A stretch of DNA of 64,000 nt from Pseudolabrys sp. (GCA_035556455.1 DATMEX010000026.1:3574-67573), one strand, 5' to 3'; shown: positions 19,290 through 29,056, counted from the stretch's first letter. A program made the numbers and translations. The notes: generated by a model not told the origin, from the letters alone.

Positions 19290-19319
19290 AAAGGGCCCCT
19301 CGCGGGGCCCTTTGTTTTT
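19290..19319 (+). terminator. Intrinsic terminator after petC
   Basis: AAAGGGCCCC-TCGC-GGGGCCCTTT followed by GTTTTT. Confidence 0.85.
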
Positions 19320-19362
19320 GGGGCCGGTGCGGTAGTCTGAGCCTCTCCAGCGAAGGATCGGC

Positions 19363-20241
19363 ATGACCAAATCCGTTCTCGGCATTATCGGCGGCTCCGG
19401 CATTTACGACCTGCCGGGCCTGGAGAACGTCCGCGAGGAGCGGATCCACAGCCCTTGGGGCGAGCCATCCGGGGCGCTGCGCATCGGCGATATCGCCGGG
19501 CTGCCGGTGGTGTTCCTGCCGCGTCACGACAAGGGCCACCGGCTGTCGCCGTCCGATATCAACTACCGCGCCAATATCGATGTCTTGAAGCGCGTCGGCG
19601 TAACCGATCTGGTGTCGCTGTCGGCCTGCGGCTCGTTTCGCGAAGACATGCCGCCGGGCACCTTCGTGCTGGTCGACCAGTTCGTCGACCGCACCCATAA
19701 GCGCGAGAGTTCGTTCTTCGGCAAGGGTCTGGTCGCGCATGTGTCGATGGCGCATCCGGTATCGCCGCGGCTGCGTGAGCGCATCGCGGCGGCGGCCCTC
19801 GCCGAAGGCATCGAGCCGAAGCTTGGCGGCACCTATGTCTGCATGGAGGGGCCGCAGTTTTCGACCTACGCCGAGAGCATGACCTACAAGCAGCTCGGTT
19901 ACTCGGTGATCGGCATGACCAACATGCCGGAGGCCAAGCTCGCTCGCGAAGCGGAGATTTGTTACGCGACGGTCGCCATGGTCACCGACTTCGACTGCTG
20001 GCACCCCGACCACGACGCCGTCACGGTGGCCGAAATCGTCAAGGTGCTGCTCGGCAATGCCGACCTTGCCAAGCGGCTGGTGGCGCGGCTGGCGCGCGAT
20101 TTCCCGCGCGAGCACGAGGCCTGCCCGATCGGCTCCGACCGGGCGCTCGACAATGCGCTGATCACCCAGCCCGATGCCCGCGATCCCGAACTGATGAGCA
20201 AACTCGATGCCGTGGCCGGCCGGGTGCTCGGCAAACGCTAG
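19363..20241 (+). CDS. mtnP: S-methyl-5'-thioadenosine phosphorylase
   Basis: GIIGGSG, FLPRHDKGH, NYRANI, MEGPQFST, GMTNMPEAKLAREAEICY. Confidence 0.93.
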   Translation: MTKSVLGIIGGSGIYDLPGLENVREERIHSPWGEPSGALRIGDIAGLPVVFLPRHDKGHRLSPSDINYRANIDVLKRVGVTDLVSLSACGSFREDMPPGTFVLVDQFVDRTHKRESSFFGKGLVAHVSMAHPVSPRLRERIAAAALAEGIEPKLGGTYVCMEGPQFSTYAESMTYKQLGYSVIGMTNMPEAKLAREAEICYATVAMVTDFDCWHPDHDAVTVAEIVKVLLGNADLAKRLVARLARDFPREHEACPIGSDRALDNALITQPDARDPELMSKLDAVAGRVLGKR

Positions 20242-20258
20242 AGCGTGAGACCTGACGC

Positions 20259-20807
20259 ATGAACGAAACCCCCGTCCAAACCGAACTGCGCGATGCCGTC
20301 CGCTCGATTCCGGACTATCCAAAGCCCGGCATCGTCTTTCGTGACATCACGACCCTGCTCGGCAACGCCCGCGCCTTCCGCCGCGCGGTCGACGAACTGG
20401 TGCAGCCCTGGGCCGGCTCCAAGATCGACAAGGTCGCCGGCATCGAAGCGCGCGGCTTCATCCTCGGCGGCGCGGTGGCGCATCAGGTGTCGGCCGGGTT
20501 CGTGCCGATCCGCAAAAAAGGCAAGCTGCCGCACAAGACGGTGAGCGTCGCCTACGCGCTGGAATACGGCGAGGACATCATCGAGATGCATGCCGATGCG
20601 CTGGTCGCGGGCGAGCGCGTGGTGCTGGTCGACGATCTCATCGCCACCGGCGGTACGGCCGAGGCGGCGGTCAAGCTGCTGCGCCAGTTAGGGGCCGAGG
20701 TGCTCGCCGCCTGCTTCGTCATCGACCTGCCGGAACTGGGCGGCGCCGAGAAGCTGCGCAAGCTGGGCGTGCCGGTGCGCACGCTGATCGGCTTCGAAGG
20801 GCACTGA
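20259..20807 (+). CDS. apt: Adenine phosphoribosyltransferase
   Basis: [40 protein letters not shown]. Confidence 0.96.
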   Translation: MNETPVQTELRDAVRSIPDYPKPGIVFRDITTLLGNARAFRRAVDELVQPWAGSKIDKVAGIEARGFILGGAVAHQVSAGFVPIRKKGKLPHKTVSVAYALEYGEDIIEMHADALVAGERVVLVDDLIATGGTAEAAVKLLRQLGAEVLAACFVIDLPELGGAEKLRKLGVPVRTLIGFEGH

Positions 20808-20821
20808 GCGCCGCCCGGGCG

Positions 20822-21415
20822 CTAGCCAGGCGAAGCCGCCAGCGAATAGGTGAGGTGCTGTTTCACCGCCGGCCATTCGCCGGCGATGATGCTGTAGACG
20901 ACGGTGTCGCGCAGCGCGCCGTCCGCGCCGATCTGATGGCTGCGCAGGATGCCGTCGAGCTTGGCGCCGAGGCGCTCGATGCCCCGCCGGCTGGCGCGGT
21001 TGAAAAAGTGCGTGCGGAATTCCACCGCGATGCAGTCGAGCTTCTCGAAGGCGTGCGTCAGCAGCATCAGCTTGCATTCGGTGTTGAGCGCGGTGCGCTG
21101 GACCCGCCGCGCATACCAGGTCGAGCCGATCTCGACGCGGCGGTTGGCGGCGTCGATGTTCATGTAGGTCGTCATGCCGGCGATGCGGCCCTCGCTATCG
21201 AACACCGTGAACGGCAGCATCGACCCGGTCGCCTTGAGGCCAAGCCGCCGTTCGATCTCCCTGGCCATGCCTTCGGGCGAGGGGATCGCGGTGTACCACA
21301 GCGTCCACAACTCGCCGTCCTTCACCGCCTCGATCAGGCCGTCGCGGTGTTCCGGGGCCAGCGGCGCAAGGCGCGCATGAGTGCCGTTCAGGGTGATGGG
21401 CTCTGGCCAGGACAT
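20822..21415 (-). CDS. GNAT (RimJ/RimL-type) N-acetyltransferase
   Basis: RRVEIGSTWY, NTECKLMLLTHAFE, SRRGIERLGAKLDGILRSH. Confidence 0.9.
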   Translation of the reverse strand: MSWPEPITLNGTHARLAPLAPEHRDGLIEAVKDGELWTLWYTAIPSPEGMAREIERRLGLKATGSMLPFTVFDSEGRIAGMTTYMNIDAANRRVEIGSTWYARRVQRTALNTECKLMLLTHAFEKLDCIAVEFRTHFFNRASRRGIERLGAKLDGILRSHQIGADGALRDTVVYSIIAGEWPAVKQHLTYSLAASPG

Positions 21416-21435
21416 GAAGGACCTTTGCGGCTGGT

Positions 21436-22626
21436 CTAGCGTGATGTTGATCCACCCGTGCTGTCGTCGAGCGGCGAGCGGTTGGGCAGGAAAGGTTTGT
21501 CGGCGGGCGCCGGTGCCCAGGGGCCTTGCGAGCCCGGAGCCTGCGCCGCATTGCCCGGCTGCGGTTCTGTGCTCCAGGGGCCTTGCGGCGCCTCGCCTTC
21601 GATCTGCCCTTCCTCTTGGGGCGGCGTTTCAAGAGCAATCGGTCCCGGGTCGTGGCCGCCGGCGAATTTCACCAGCGCCTCGACACGTGCATCCACGGAC
21701 GGGTGGGTGGCGAAGATATCGCTGAAACCCTGGCGCGGATTATCGACGCACATTTCCATGACCGACGAATTGGCGCTCGCCAGCTCGCCGCGGTTCTCGA
21801 TCTTGCGCAGCGCCGTGATCATGGCGTCGGGGTTCTTGGTGAGTTCGACGGCGCCGGCATCGGCGAGGTATTCGCGCCGGCGCGACAGCGCGAAGCGGAT
21901 GACGATCGACAACAGCCAGGCGACGACGATGAGGACGAGGGCAATGACGATGGCAATGGCGGCGCCGCCGCCGCCCTTGCGGTCATCGTTGCTGCGCCGC
22001 CCGCCCAGGCCGCCGAAGCGGGCGCCCTGAAAGAACAGCCGGAACACCATCTCACCGAAGAACGAGATGACGCCGGCGATCACCACCGCGATGACCAGCA
22101 TGCGCACGTCGCCGTTACGGATGTGGGTCAGTTCGTGGCCGAGCACGGCTTCCATTTCGGCGTCGTTGAGCGCGCCGATCAGGCCGCGCGTCACGGTGAT
22201 GGAATATTGCTTCTCGTTGAGGCCGGTGGCGAAGGCATTGAGGGCGTCGTCCTCGGCGATGCGCAGGCTCGGCATGGTGATGCCGCGCGAGATGCAGAGG
22301 TTCTCGAGCAGGTTATAGAGCCGCGGCTCTTCGGCGCGGGTGACCTGATGCGCGCCGGTCACGGCGTCGATCATGCGCTGATGGAACTTGTAAGCGATCA
22401 GCACCCACAGAATGGTGCCCACGGTTGCGACCGGTGCGGCGATCCTGAGGTCATGAAGGGCCGCCTGCACCAGATAATCGAGCGGCGCATCGGCCACGCT
22501 CATGGCCTCGGCCAGCAGTGCCCCGGCGAACACCAGCACATAGACCAGAAAGAACAGGCCGATCAGCAGGGCGATCGACCGGCGCCGGTTCGACTGGATG
22601 TGGGTGTAAAGACCGTAGGCGGCCAT
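21436..22626 (-). CDS. htpX: M48 zinc metalloprotease, HtpX-like
   Basis: Start MAAYGLY at 22626; NAFATG, HELTH zinc motif, SRRREYLADAGA, THPS; follows lemA. Confidence 0.9.
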   Translation of the reverse strand: MAAYGLYTHIQSNRRRSIALLIGLFFLVYVLVFAGALLAEAMSVADAPLDYLVQAALHDLRIAAPVATVGTILWVLIAYKFHQRMIDAVTGAHQVTRAEEPRLYNLLENLCISRGITMPSLRIAEDDALNAFATGLNEKQYSITVTRGLIGALNDAEMEAVLGHELTHIRNGDVRMLVIAVVIAGVISFFGEMVFRLFFQGARFGGLGGRRSNDDRKGGGGAAIAIVIALVLIVVAWLLSIVIRFALSRRREYLADAGAVELTKNPDAMITALRKIENRGELASANSSVMEMCVDNPRQGFSDIFATHPSVDARVEALVKFAGGHDPGPIALETPPQEEGQIEGEAPQGPWSTEPQPGNAAQAPGSQGPWAPAPADKPFLPNRSPLDDSTGGSTSR

Positions 22627-22677
22627 GCTGTTTCCACCTGTACGGTGCAGCGCGGGAGGGTGCGCAGCACCTTTCGC

Positions 22678-22755
22678 GTCATGGCCGGGCTTGTCCCGGC
22701 CATCCACGCCTTATGGAAGCAAGACGTGGATGCCCGGCATAAAGCCGGGCATGGC
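22678..22755. repeat. REP-like element, family C (GTCATGGCCGGGCTTGTCCCGGCCATCCACG)
   Basis: GTCATGGCCGGGCTTGTCCCGGCCATCCACG...CGTGGATGCCCGGCATAAAGCCGGGCATGGC; relatives at 36588 and 53617. Confidence 0.88.
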
Positions 22756-22784
22756 GGCTGCCGGGGACAATTCGCCCCGGGGCA

Positions 22785-23348
22785 TCAGAACTTCACGCTC
22801 GGCGCCTGCTCCAGCTGCGGCCTTGCGTCGCCGAGATCGAAGAAGGTGCGCGGGTGGAAGCCGAACATGCCGGCGAACAGCGCCGCGGGGAACTGTTCGA
22901 TGCCGGTGTTGTATTCCTGCACCGCATTGTTGAAGAAGCGCCGCGCCGCGGCCAGCTTGTTCTCGATATCGGCCAGTTCGCTCTGCAGCTGCAGGAAGTT
23001 CGTGTTGGCCTTGAGGTCCGGATAGCTCTCCGCCAGGGCGAAAAGCTGTCGCAGCGCCCCGGTCAGCATGTTCTCGGCGGCCACCTTTTGTTCGACGCCG
23101 GGAGCGGCAATCGCTGCGTTACGGGCCTGCACCACCGCTTCCAGCGTGCCGCGCTCGTGCGCGGCGTAGCCTTTGACGGTCTCGACCAGGTTCGGAATGA
23201 GGTCGTGGCGCTGCTTGAGCTGGACATCGACGTCCGCGAAGGCCTGGTTGGCGCGCTGTCGCATCGCGACCAGGCTGTTGTAGACAGAGATGGCCCAGAG
23301 AACGACGACGACAATGACGCCAAGAATGACCCAGCCGGTGGTGGACAT
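22785..23348 (-). CDS. lemA: LemA family protein
   Basis: Start MSTTGW at 23348; N-terminal TM, VQLKQRHDLIPNLVETVKGYAAHE, ESYPDLKANTNF, RRFFN. Confidence 0.95.
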   Translation of the reverse strand: MSTTGWVILGVIVVVVLWAISVYNSLVAMRQRANQAFADVDVQLKQRHDLIPNLVETVKGYAAHERGTLEAVVQARNAAIAAPGVEQKVAAENMLTGALRQLFALAESYPDLKANTNFLQLQSELADIENKLAAARRFFNNAVQEYNTGIEQFPAALFAGMFGFHPRTFFDLGDARPQLEQAPSVKF

Positions 23349-23436
23349 GGGAAGCGCTCCTGAATGAACCGGGCCACGCGGCGGTTCCGGAAGGTCCGCA
23401 GCGGCCGGAACCATCTCTAAACCTGTCCGATCACAG

Positions 23437-23524
23437 AAAAAAGGCCCCGAACTCGCGTTCGGGGCCTTTTCGCCAGACGGCTATTCGGGGGGTAAGGGGG
23501 GAGCCGCCCGACTTAACAGACGAC
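23437..23524 (-). ncRNA. Candidate small RNA: C-rich-loop hairpin plus intrinsic terminator
   Basis: Minus strand GGCGGCT-CCCCCCTTACCCCCCGAAT-AGCCGTC hairpin, then AAAAGGCCCCGAAC-GCGA-GTTCGGGGCCTTTTTT; no ORF; ECF promoter directly upstream; 5' end estimated. Confidence 0.6.
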
Positions 23525-23529
23525 TGACT

Positions 23530-23554
23530 AACCCCGGCCCCGGCGGATGGTTCC
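23530..23554 (-). promoter_or_regulatory. sigma-EcfG/sigma-T (general stress response)-type promoter
   Basis: GGAAC (23554-23550)-N16-GGTT (23533-23530). Confidence 0.6.
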
Positions 23555-23650
23555 GCGAAGCGAAGCCGTTACGGAAATTTTTTATGTGGCAGACCGCCGC
23601 AGTTCGCTGGGAACTGCATGGCGGCCATGCGGTCACGGGTGGCCAATCGC

Positions 23651-23851
23651 TTAGCGCTGATGGCCGAGCCCGATGTTGAGCTTGAGAGCCTGCTGACGGA
23701 GCGCTCCGGGCGTGCGCTTGAACTCCTTGGCGATCTTGGCAACTGGCGTGCGCGCTTTGGAATGGGCCTTCAGCTTCTTATATTCTTCGTTCGTCCATGG
23801 CCTGCGGCGGATCTTCTTAGCGGCGGCCTTCTTGGAGGACTTTTTAGCCAT
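23651..23851 (-). CDS. Small basic hypothetical protein (66 aa), possible HTH
   Basis: AAGGA SD before ATG at 23851; MAKKSSKKAAAKKIRRRPWTNEEYKKLK...VAKIAKEFKRTPGALRQQA. Confidence 0.75.
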   Translation of the reverse strand: MAKKSSKKAAAKKIRRRPWTNEEYKKLKAHSKARTPVAKIAKEFKRTPGALRQQALKLNIGLGHQR

Positions 23852-24003
23852 TCCATATTCCTTCGTCGTATTGAGAGATAAGCGGCAGTTATTCGCACAA
23901 GCGTGCGTCCTATCGCTCAAATCGCGAAATGCCAAATGTTTTTTGTTTTGCAACCGCGATTATGCGCGGCTGCAACTAGATGTTTAATAAGTGGTAATTG
24001 TAA

Positions 24004-24031
24004 CAAAAGATCGGCGGTGACCGCCGATCTT
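24004..24031 (-). terminator. Intrinsic terminator after smc
   Basis: AAGATCGGCGG-TGA-CCGCCGATCTT stem with TTTT on the minus strand. Confidence 0.7.
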
Positions 24032-24069
24032 CCAAATAATCAATATTGAACAGTGTCGGCGCTGAAACG

Positions 24070-27000
24070 TCAGCCCGCTTCTCTGAAGCGCACGGCCGCT
24101 TCGAGATCCACCGAGACGAGCTGCGAAACGCCACGCTCCGCCATGGTGACGCCGAACAGCCGGTTCATGCGCGCCATGGTAATCGGATTGTGGGTGATGA
24201 TGACGAAGCGCGTGTCGGTCGACTGCGTCATCTCGTCCAGCATGTCGCAGAACCGCTCCACGTTGTGATCGTCGAGCGGCGCGTCGACTTCGTCCAGCAC
24301 GCAGATCGGCGCCGGGTTGGTCAGGAACACCGCGAAGATCAGCGCCATGGCGGTCAGCGCCTGCTCGCCGCCCGACAGCAGCGACAGGGTCGCCGGCTTC
24401 TTGCCGGGAGGCTTGGCCAGAATTTCGAGGCCGGCCTCGAGGGGATCGTCGCTCTCGATGAGCTGCAGTTCCGCGGTGCCGCCGTTGAACAGCTTGGTGA
24501 AGAGCTGCTGGAAGTGCGTGTTGACCTGCTGGAACGAGGCCATCAGGCGCTCGCGCGCTTCCTTGTTCAGGCTCTGGATGCCGAGGCGCAGCTTCTTGAT
24601 CGCCTCGACGAGGTCGTCGCGCTCGGCGGTCAGCGAATTGTGCTGGGTCTCGACCTCGATCAGCTCTTCCTCGGCGCGCAGGTTGACGGCGCCGAGACGC
24701 TCGCGCTCGCGGCGCAGACGCTCCAGCGTGGCATCCACCTCCATGATATCGGGCAATGGATCGCCTTCGGCGAGCTCGGCGAGGGCCGCCACCGCAGCGG
24801 GCTCGACTTCGAGCATGTCGTGGATTTCGCGGGCGATGTCGGTGAGGCGGCGCTTGGAGGATTCAAAGCGCTCTTCGGCGCGGGCGGCTTCCTCGCGCGC
24901 GCGCGAGGCGGCTTCCAGCGCGGCGCGGGCGTCGCGGTCGGCCGCGGCCAGCGCGTTCTCGGCCTCCTGCAGCTTGTCGGCGCATTCGCGGCGGTCGGCC
25001 TCGGCGAGTTGGACCTCGCTGATCAGGGCCTCGCGCTTCTCGGCGAAAACTTCCGGCGCGTTGGCCAGTTCCTCGCGGTCGCGCCGGGCCTCTTCATAAC
25101 GGAGGGCCAGAGTTTCGGTCTGCGCCGCGGCGCTTTCCTGGCGCGTATACCAACCGGCTTTTTCTTCGCCGACCTGACGCAGACGGCGATCGGCGATTTC
25201 CGCTTCGCGGACGATCGCCTGCTGTTCCGCGCGCACTTCGGCGAGCGCAGCGCGCTTGCCGGTGATGTCGTCGCGCACGCCGTCGAGCTCGGTTTCGATT
25301 TCGGCGGCGGGAGCCAGCGCCGCGAGGCCTTCATCGGCGGCAGCGATGCCGGCGGTGGCTTCCTCATGGCTCGCGGTAAGGCGGCTTAGCGCTTCGCTCA
25401 GGGCCGAGACGCGGGCCGCATTGCGGTTAACTTCGCGCTCGGCGGCTTCGTGGCGGTCACGCGCGGCGTTCAATTCGCGCTGGCGCTCACGCGCAGCGTT
25501 GCGGGATTCCGTTTCGGCGGTGCCGGCGGCCGCGAGCGCAGCCTGCGCGTCTTCGCTCATCTGCTTGGCGGTATCGACTTCGGCCTTGGCGATGACAAGT
25601 TCGGACTCGATCTCGGCGAGACGCGCGCGCTCGGCGAGACGGCGCGCGGCACCGGTCGGCGCGTGCGCGGCGGCGGCAAAGCCGTCCCAGCGCCACAGAT
25701 CGCCCTCGGGCGAGACCAGGCGCTGCCCCGGCTTGAGCTGGCTCACGAGACGCGCGCCTGCTTCCTTGTCGACGACGCCGATCTGATTGAGACGACGGGC
25801 GAGCTCGTCGGGCGCGCGCACATGGGCCGACAGAGGCGTTGCGCCGCTGGGCAGCGACGGATCGGCGCTGTCCACGGTCGAGCCGATCCAGCGCATGGGC
25901 GCCGACGGATCGACCGGGGCATCGAGGTCATCGCCCAGCGCGGCGCCCAAGGCTTTCTCGAAGCCTTTGTCGACCGTGATGTTGTCCATCACCGGCGGCC
26001 ACATGTTCTTGGTCTCGACCGCCAGCACCTTCGACAAGGTCTTGGCTTCGGTTTCGAGACGCTGCACGCGGCGCTCGGCCTCCGTCAGCGGATTGCGCGT
26101 CGCTTCCAGCGCGGCACGCGCAGCCGTATGAGCGGCTTCCGCTTCGATGGCAGCGGTCTCGGCTTCGGCCAGCGCCTGCTGGATGGTTTCGACCTCGGCG
26201 GTCAGCGCGGCGAGATCGGGGCCGCTTTCGGCCTGCAGCGTGTCGAGCTCGCGGGTAATGCCGGCCATTTCGGCTTCGATCTTCCCGGCGCGCTCGCGAT
26301 GCTGACGCACCGCGGCTTCGAGCTGATTGCGCTGCGCCGTAAGATCGGCCAGGCGCGCGGTCAGTTCCGAGAATACCCGCTCGGCGGCGACCAGCGCGCT
26401 GTTGGCTTCGTCGACGCGGGCATCGACGCCCGAGCGGCGGCCGGCGCTTTCGGCGGCCTCGGCCTTGATCATTTCCTCTTCGGCGGCGAGGCGGGCAATG
26501 GCCGCTTCCGCATCCGCGACGAGCTTCTGCTCACGCTCGCTGTCGGCGGCGAACTGAACGAGGCGCTTGTCGAGTTCGCTGATGCGGTCCTTGGCGCGCT
26601 GCTCTTCGCGATCGAGTTCCTGCATCGCGACATTGAGGCGATGCAAAGCCGCGCCGGCGCGGGCTTCGGCTTCGCGCAGCGGCGGCATGCCGGCGGCGAA
26701 TTCGGCCTGACGGGTCGAGGCTTCGGCCTGCGCACCGGTGCGCTCGGCGACTTCGCGCACGCACAGATCCATCGCCGTTTGGGCTTCGACCTGTTCGAAA
26801 TTTGCGGCGGTCCAGCGCAGATGCAGCAGCGTCGCTTCGGTCTTGCGGACCTGCGCCGACACGGTGCGATAGCGGATCGCCTGCTTGGCCTGCTTGCGCA
26901 GGGCTTCCATCTGGCCGGCGAGCTGGCCGATGACATCCTCAAGACGGGTGAGGTTGGTTTCGGCGGCTTTCAGGCGCAGTTCGGCTTCATGCCGGCGGGC

Positions 27001-27522
27001 GTGCAGGCCCGACACGCCGGCGGCTTCTTCCAGAACGCGGCGGCGTTGCTCGGGCTTCGCCTGGATGATTTCGCCGATGCGGCCCTGATGGACGAGGGCC
27101 GGCGAGCGCGCGCCGGTCGAGGCGTCGGCGAACACGATCTGCACGTCGCGGGCGCGGACTTCCTTGCCGTTGATGCGATAATTCGACCCGGACTCGCGCT
27201 CGATGCGGCGGGCGATTTCCAGCGTATCGGTATCGTTGAACTGCGCCGGCGCCGAGCGTTCCTTGTTGTCGATCAGGATCGCGACTTCGGCGTTGTTGCG
27301 GGCCGGGCGGGTGTTGGAGCCGGAGAAGATGACGTCGTCCATCGAGGACGCGCGCATCGACTTGTACGAGTTCTCGCCCATCACCCAGCGCAAGGCTTCG
27401 ACGAGGTTCGACTTGCCGCAACCGTTGGGGCCGACCACGCCGGTCAGACCGGGCTCGATGACGAAATCGGTCGGTTCAACGAAGGATTTGAAACCGAGAA
27501 GACGGAGGCGAGTGAGAATCAT
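24070..27522 (-). CDS. smc: Chromosome segregation protein SMC
   Basis: GFKSF, VVGPNGCGKSN Walker A, coiled coils, hinge ALGAALGDDL, LSGGEQAL signature, LDEVDAPLD; ATG at 27522. Confidence 0.96.
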   Translation of the reverse strand: MILTRLRLLGFKSFVEPTDFVIEPGLTGVVGPNGCGKSNLVEALRWVMGENSYKSMRASSMDDVIFSGSNTRPARNNAEVAILIDNKERSAPAQFNDTDTLEIARRIERESGSNYRINGKEVRARDVQIVFADASTGARSPALVHQGRIGEIIQAKPEQRRRVLEEAAGVSGLHARRHEAELRLKAAETNLTRLEDVIGQLAGQMEALRKQAKQAIRYRTVSAQVRKTEATLLHLRWTAANFEQVEAQTAMDLCVREVAERTGAQAEASTRQAEFAAGMPPLREAEARAGAALHRLNVAMQELDREEQRAKDRISELDKRLVQFAADSEREQKLVADAEAAIARLAAEEEMIKAEAAESAGRRSGVDARVDEANSALVAAERVFSELTARLADLTAQRNQLEAAVRQHRERAGKIEAEMAGITRELDTLQAESGPDLAALTAEVETIQQALAEAETAAIEAEAAHTAARAALEATRNPLTEAERRVQRLETEAKTLSKVLAVETKNMWPPVMDNITVDKGFEKALGAALGDDLDAPVDPSAPMRWIGSTVDSADPSLPSGATPLSAHVRAPDELARRLNQIGVVDKEAGARLVSQLKPGQRLVSPEGDLWRWDGFAAAAHAPTGAARRLAERARLAEIESELVIAKAEVDTAKQMSEDAQAALAAAGTAETESRNAARERQRELNAARDRHEAAEREVNRNAARVSALSEALSRLTASHEEATAGIAAADEGLAALAPAAEIETELDGVRDDITGKRAALAEVRAEQQAIVREAEIADRRLRQVGEEKAGWYTRQESAAAQTETLALRYEEARRDREELANAPEVFAEKREALISEVQLAEADRRECADKLQEAENALAAADRDARAALEAASRAREEAARAEERFESSKRRLTDIAREIHDMLEVEPAAVAALAELAEGDPLPDIMEVDATLERLRRERERLGAVNLRAEEELIEVETQHNSLTAERDDLVEAIKKLRLGIQSLNKEARERLMASFQQVNTHFQQLFTKLFNGGTAELQLIESDDPLEAGLEILAKPPGKKPATLSLLSGGEQALTAMALIFAVFLTNPAPICVLDEVDAPLDDHNVERFCDMLDEMTQSTDTRFVIITHNPITMARMNRLFGVTMAERGVSQLVSVDLEAAVRFREAG

Positions 27523-27783
27523 ACTGAAGAACCTCAACCCGCGGCGGCGCGTGCGCCGCCTTTCGGGATTGTCGATGACTAACGAGAACTGGGTGCCGGG
27601 GCCACCGCCCGGGCGCTATACGTCGTATGCCGCATTCCACGGCACAATGAAATCTCGGGTCGGCGCAAGCAACCGACATGGGCCGCAAAAGCCCGGTTTT
27701 CCAGACTTTTCGGCTGTGGATGGAAATAAAAATACCTTTGTACCGCCGGACTACATATTGGGTCCGGCGGAACTTGGTCCGTC

Positions 27784-28452
27784 TCAGCTCTTGAGGAGCG
27801 GGTCGATGATCTTGGACATCTCGTCGACCGACAGGGCGCCGGTATACAGCTTGCCGTTGATGAAGAAGGACGGGGTCGACTGGACCTTGAACTTGTCGAC
27901 GCCGCGCTGACGCACCGCCTCGATGCCGTCCAGCACCTTCTGGTTCGAGAGGCAGGCATTGAAGGTTTCCTGGGTGAAACCGGCCTGCTTGGAGATGGTC
28001 AGCAGCGGCTCCAGCGGCTTTTCGACGGCCCAGGTGCGCTGCTGGCGGAACATGGTGTCGATGAAGGCGAAATACTTGTCCGAATTGGTCTCGGCGTTGC
28101 AGCGCGCCAGCATGAAGACGGCGGCGGCGAGGTTGTCGAGCGGGAACTCGCGGAAGATGAAGCGAACCTTGCCGGTGTCGATGTACTTCTTCTTGATGTC
28201 CGGGAAGGTCTTCTCGGTGAAGGTCGCGCAGTGCGGGCAGGTCATCGACGCGTATTCGATGACGGTGACCGGCGCTTTGGCATCGCCCAGCGCCATGTCC
28301 GGCAGGGCGTTTGGCGCCATCAACTCGGTTTCGGATACGGCGGCTTGAGCCAGCGCCGGTTCGGTCAGGGCGGGCAGACTGGACAATCCCAAGGCCGTTG
28401 CGAGGGCCACGAAAGCCGTGCTCTGGCAGAATTCACGTCGGGTCAGGCGCAA
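27784..28452 (-). CDS. DsbA-family thioredoxin-fold oxidoreductase (Tat-like signal)
   Basis: TRREF signal, EYASMTCPHC, FREFPLD, STPSFFING. Confidence 0.92.
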   Translation of the reverse strand: MRLTRREFCQSTAFVALATALGLSSLPALTEPALAQAAVSETELMAPNALPDMALGDAKAPVTVIEYASMTCPHCATFTEKTFPDIKKKYIDTGKVRFIFREFPLDNLAAAVFMLARCNAETNSDKYFAFIDTMFRQQRTWAVEKPLEPLLTISKQAGFTQETFNACLSNQKVLDGIEAVRQRGVDKFKVQSTPSFFINGKLYTGALSVDEMSKIIDPLLKS

Positions 28453-28564
28453 GGGATGTCTCCGTTACAATATTCGCGGAAAAAGCGTCCGCGCAGGGCA
28501 TTCTGCTAGCTGGACAGGACGATTGTGGCAATGGCGCGAACCTGTCCGTGTTGGGCTGCCAATC

Positions 28565-29056
28565 TCACTTTGTCTTGATAGCCGTACCCAACCGAGCCAA
28601 GGCGTCGCGCAGCGCATCGTCCTCGATTTCCGGCATCTCCGCGGCCAGCCGGGCCGTGATAGCGGGATCGGGCGGGGCGGGGCGGCGTTTCGGCGCCTTG
28701 CGCCGTAGCGGCGCCTGCCGCAGCGCCAGCCGGCCGACGGCCTGCCAACCGAAGAACCGGTTCACCCGCTCCAGGATAACCGACGACTGATGCTGGATTT
28801 CCAGCGCCATCGGCCCTTCGACCCGCAGCACCAACGTGGCCGGCTCGGCCTGTTCGACCTCCCCCACGTCGGCTTTAGGACGCGGCCAGTTGATCTTCAT
28901 CGGCTCGCTATGGGCGGCGATCTCCGCGCCCACGATGGCGGGCCAGCGGGTCAGGATTTCGGTCGAGGCAAAGCCCTGCGCCTTGAGCGCGCCGCTGAGG
29001 CTCGCCGCAGTGAACTCGGACAACGGACGGGGAAAACTGCGCGAAGGCTTGCTCAT
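28565..29056 (-). CDS. DUF721 (DciA-like) protein
   Basis: Real 3' part of ORF 28565..31342: MSKPSRSF...ILTRWPAIVG...LVLRVEGPMALEIQH...ERVNRFFGW. Confidence 0.85.
   Translation of the reverse strand: MSKPSRSFPRPLSEFTAASLSGALKAQGFASTEILTRWPAIVGAEIAAHSEPMKINWPRPKADVGEVEQAEPATLVLRVEGPMALEIQHQSSVILERVNRFFGWQAVGRLALRQAPLRRKAPKRRPAPPDPAITARLAAEMPEIEDDALRDALARLGTAIKTK

Noticed and set aside
23565-23583. Shared GTTACGGAA + T-tract motif here and at 49189-49205
   Set aside because: Only two copies, in opposite orientation relative to the nearby genes, with a 9-bp core; cannot be distinguished from chance without a genome-wide scan.
25450-27582. Long antisense or alternate-frame ORFs (e.g. 25450..27582, 51488..53608, 32356..34020, 47009..48406, 62133..63923)
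   Set aside because: They lie opposite well-supported genes, show no motifs, and are expected shadows in high-GC DNA where stops are rare.
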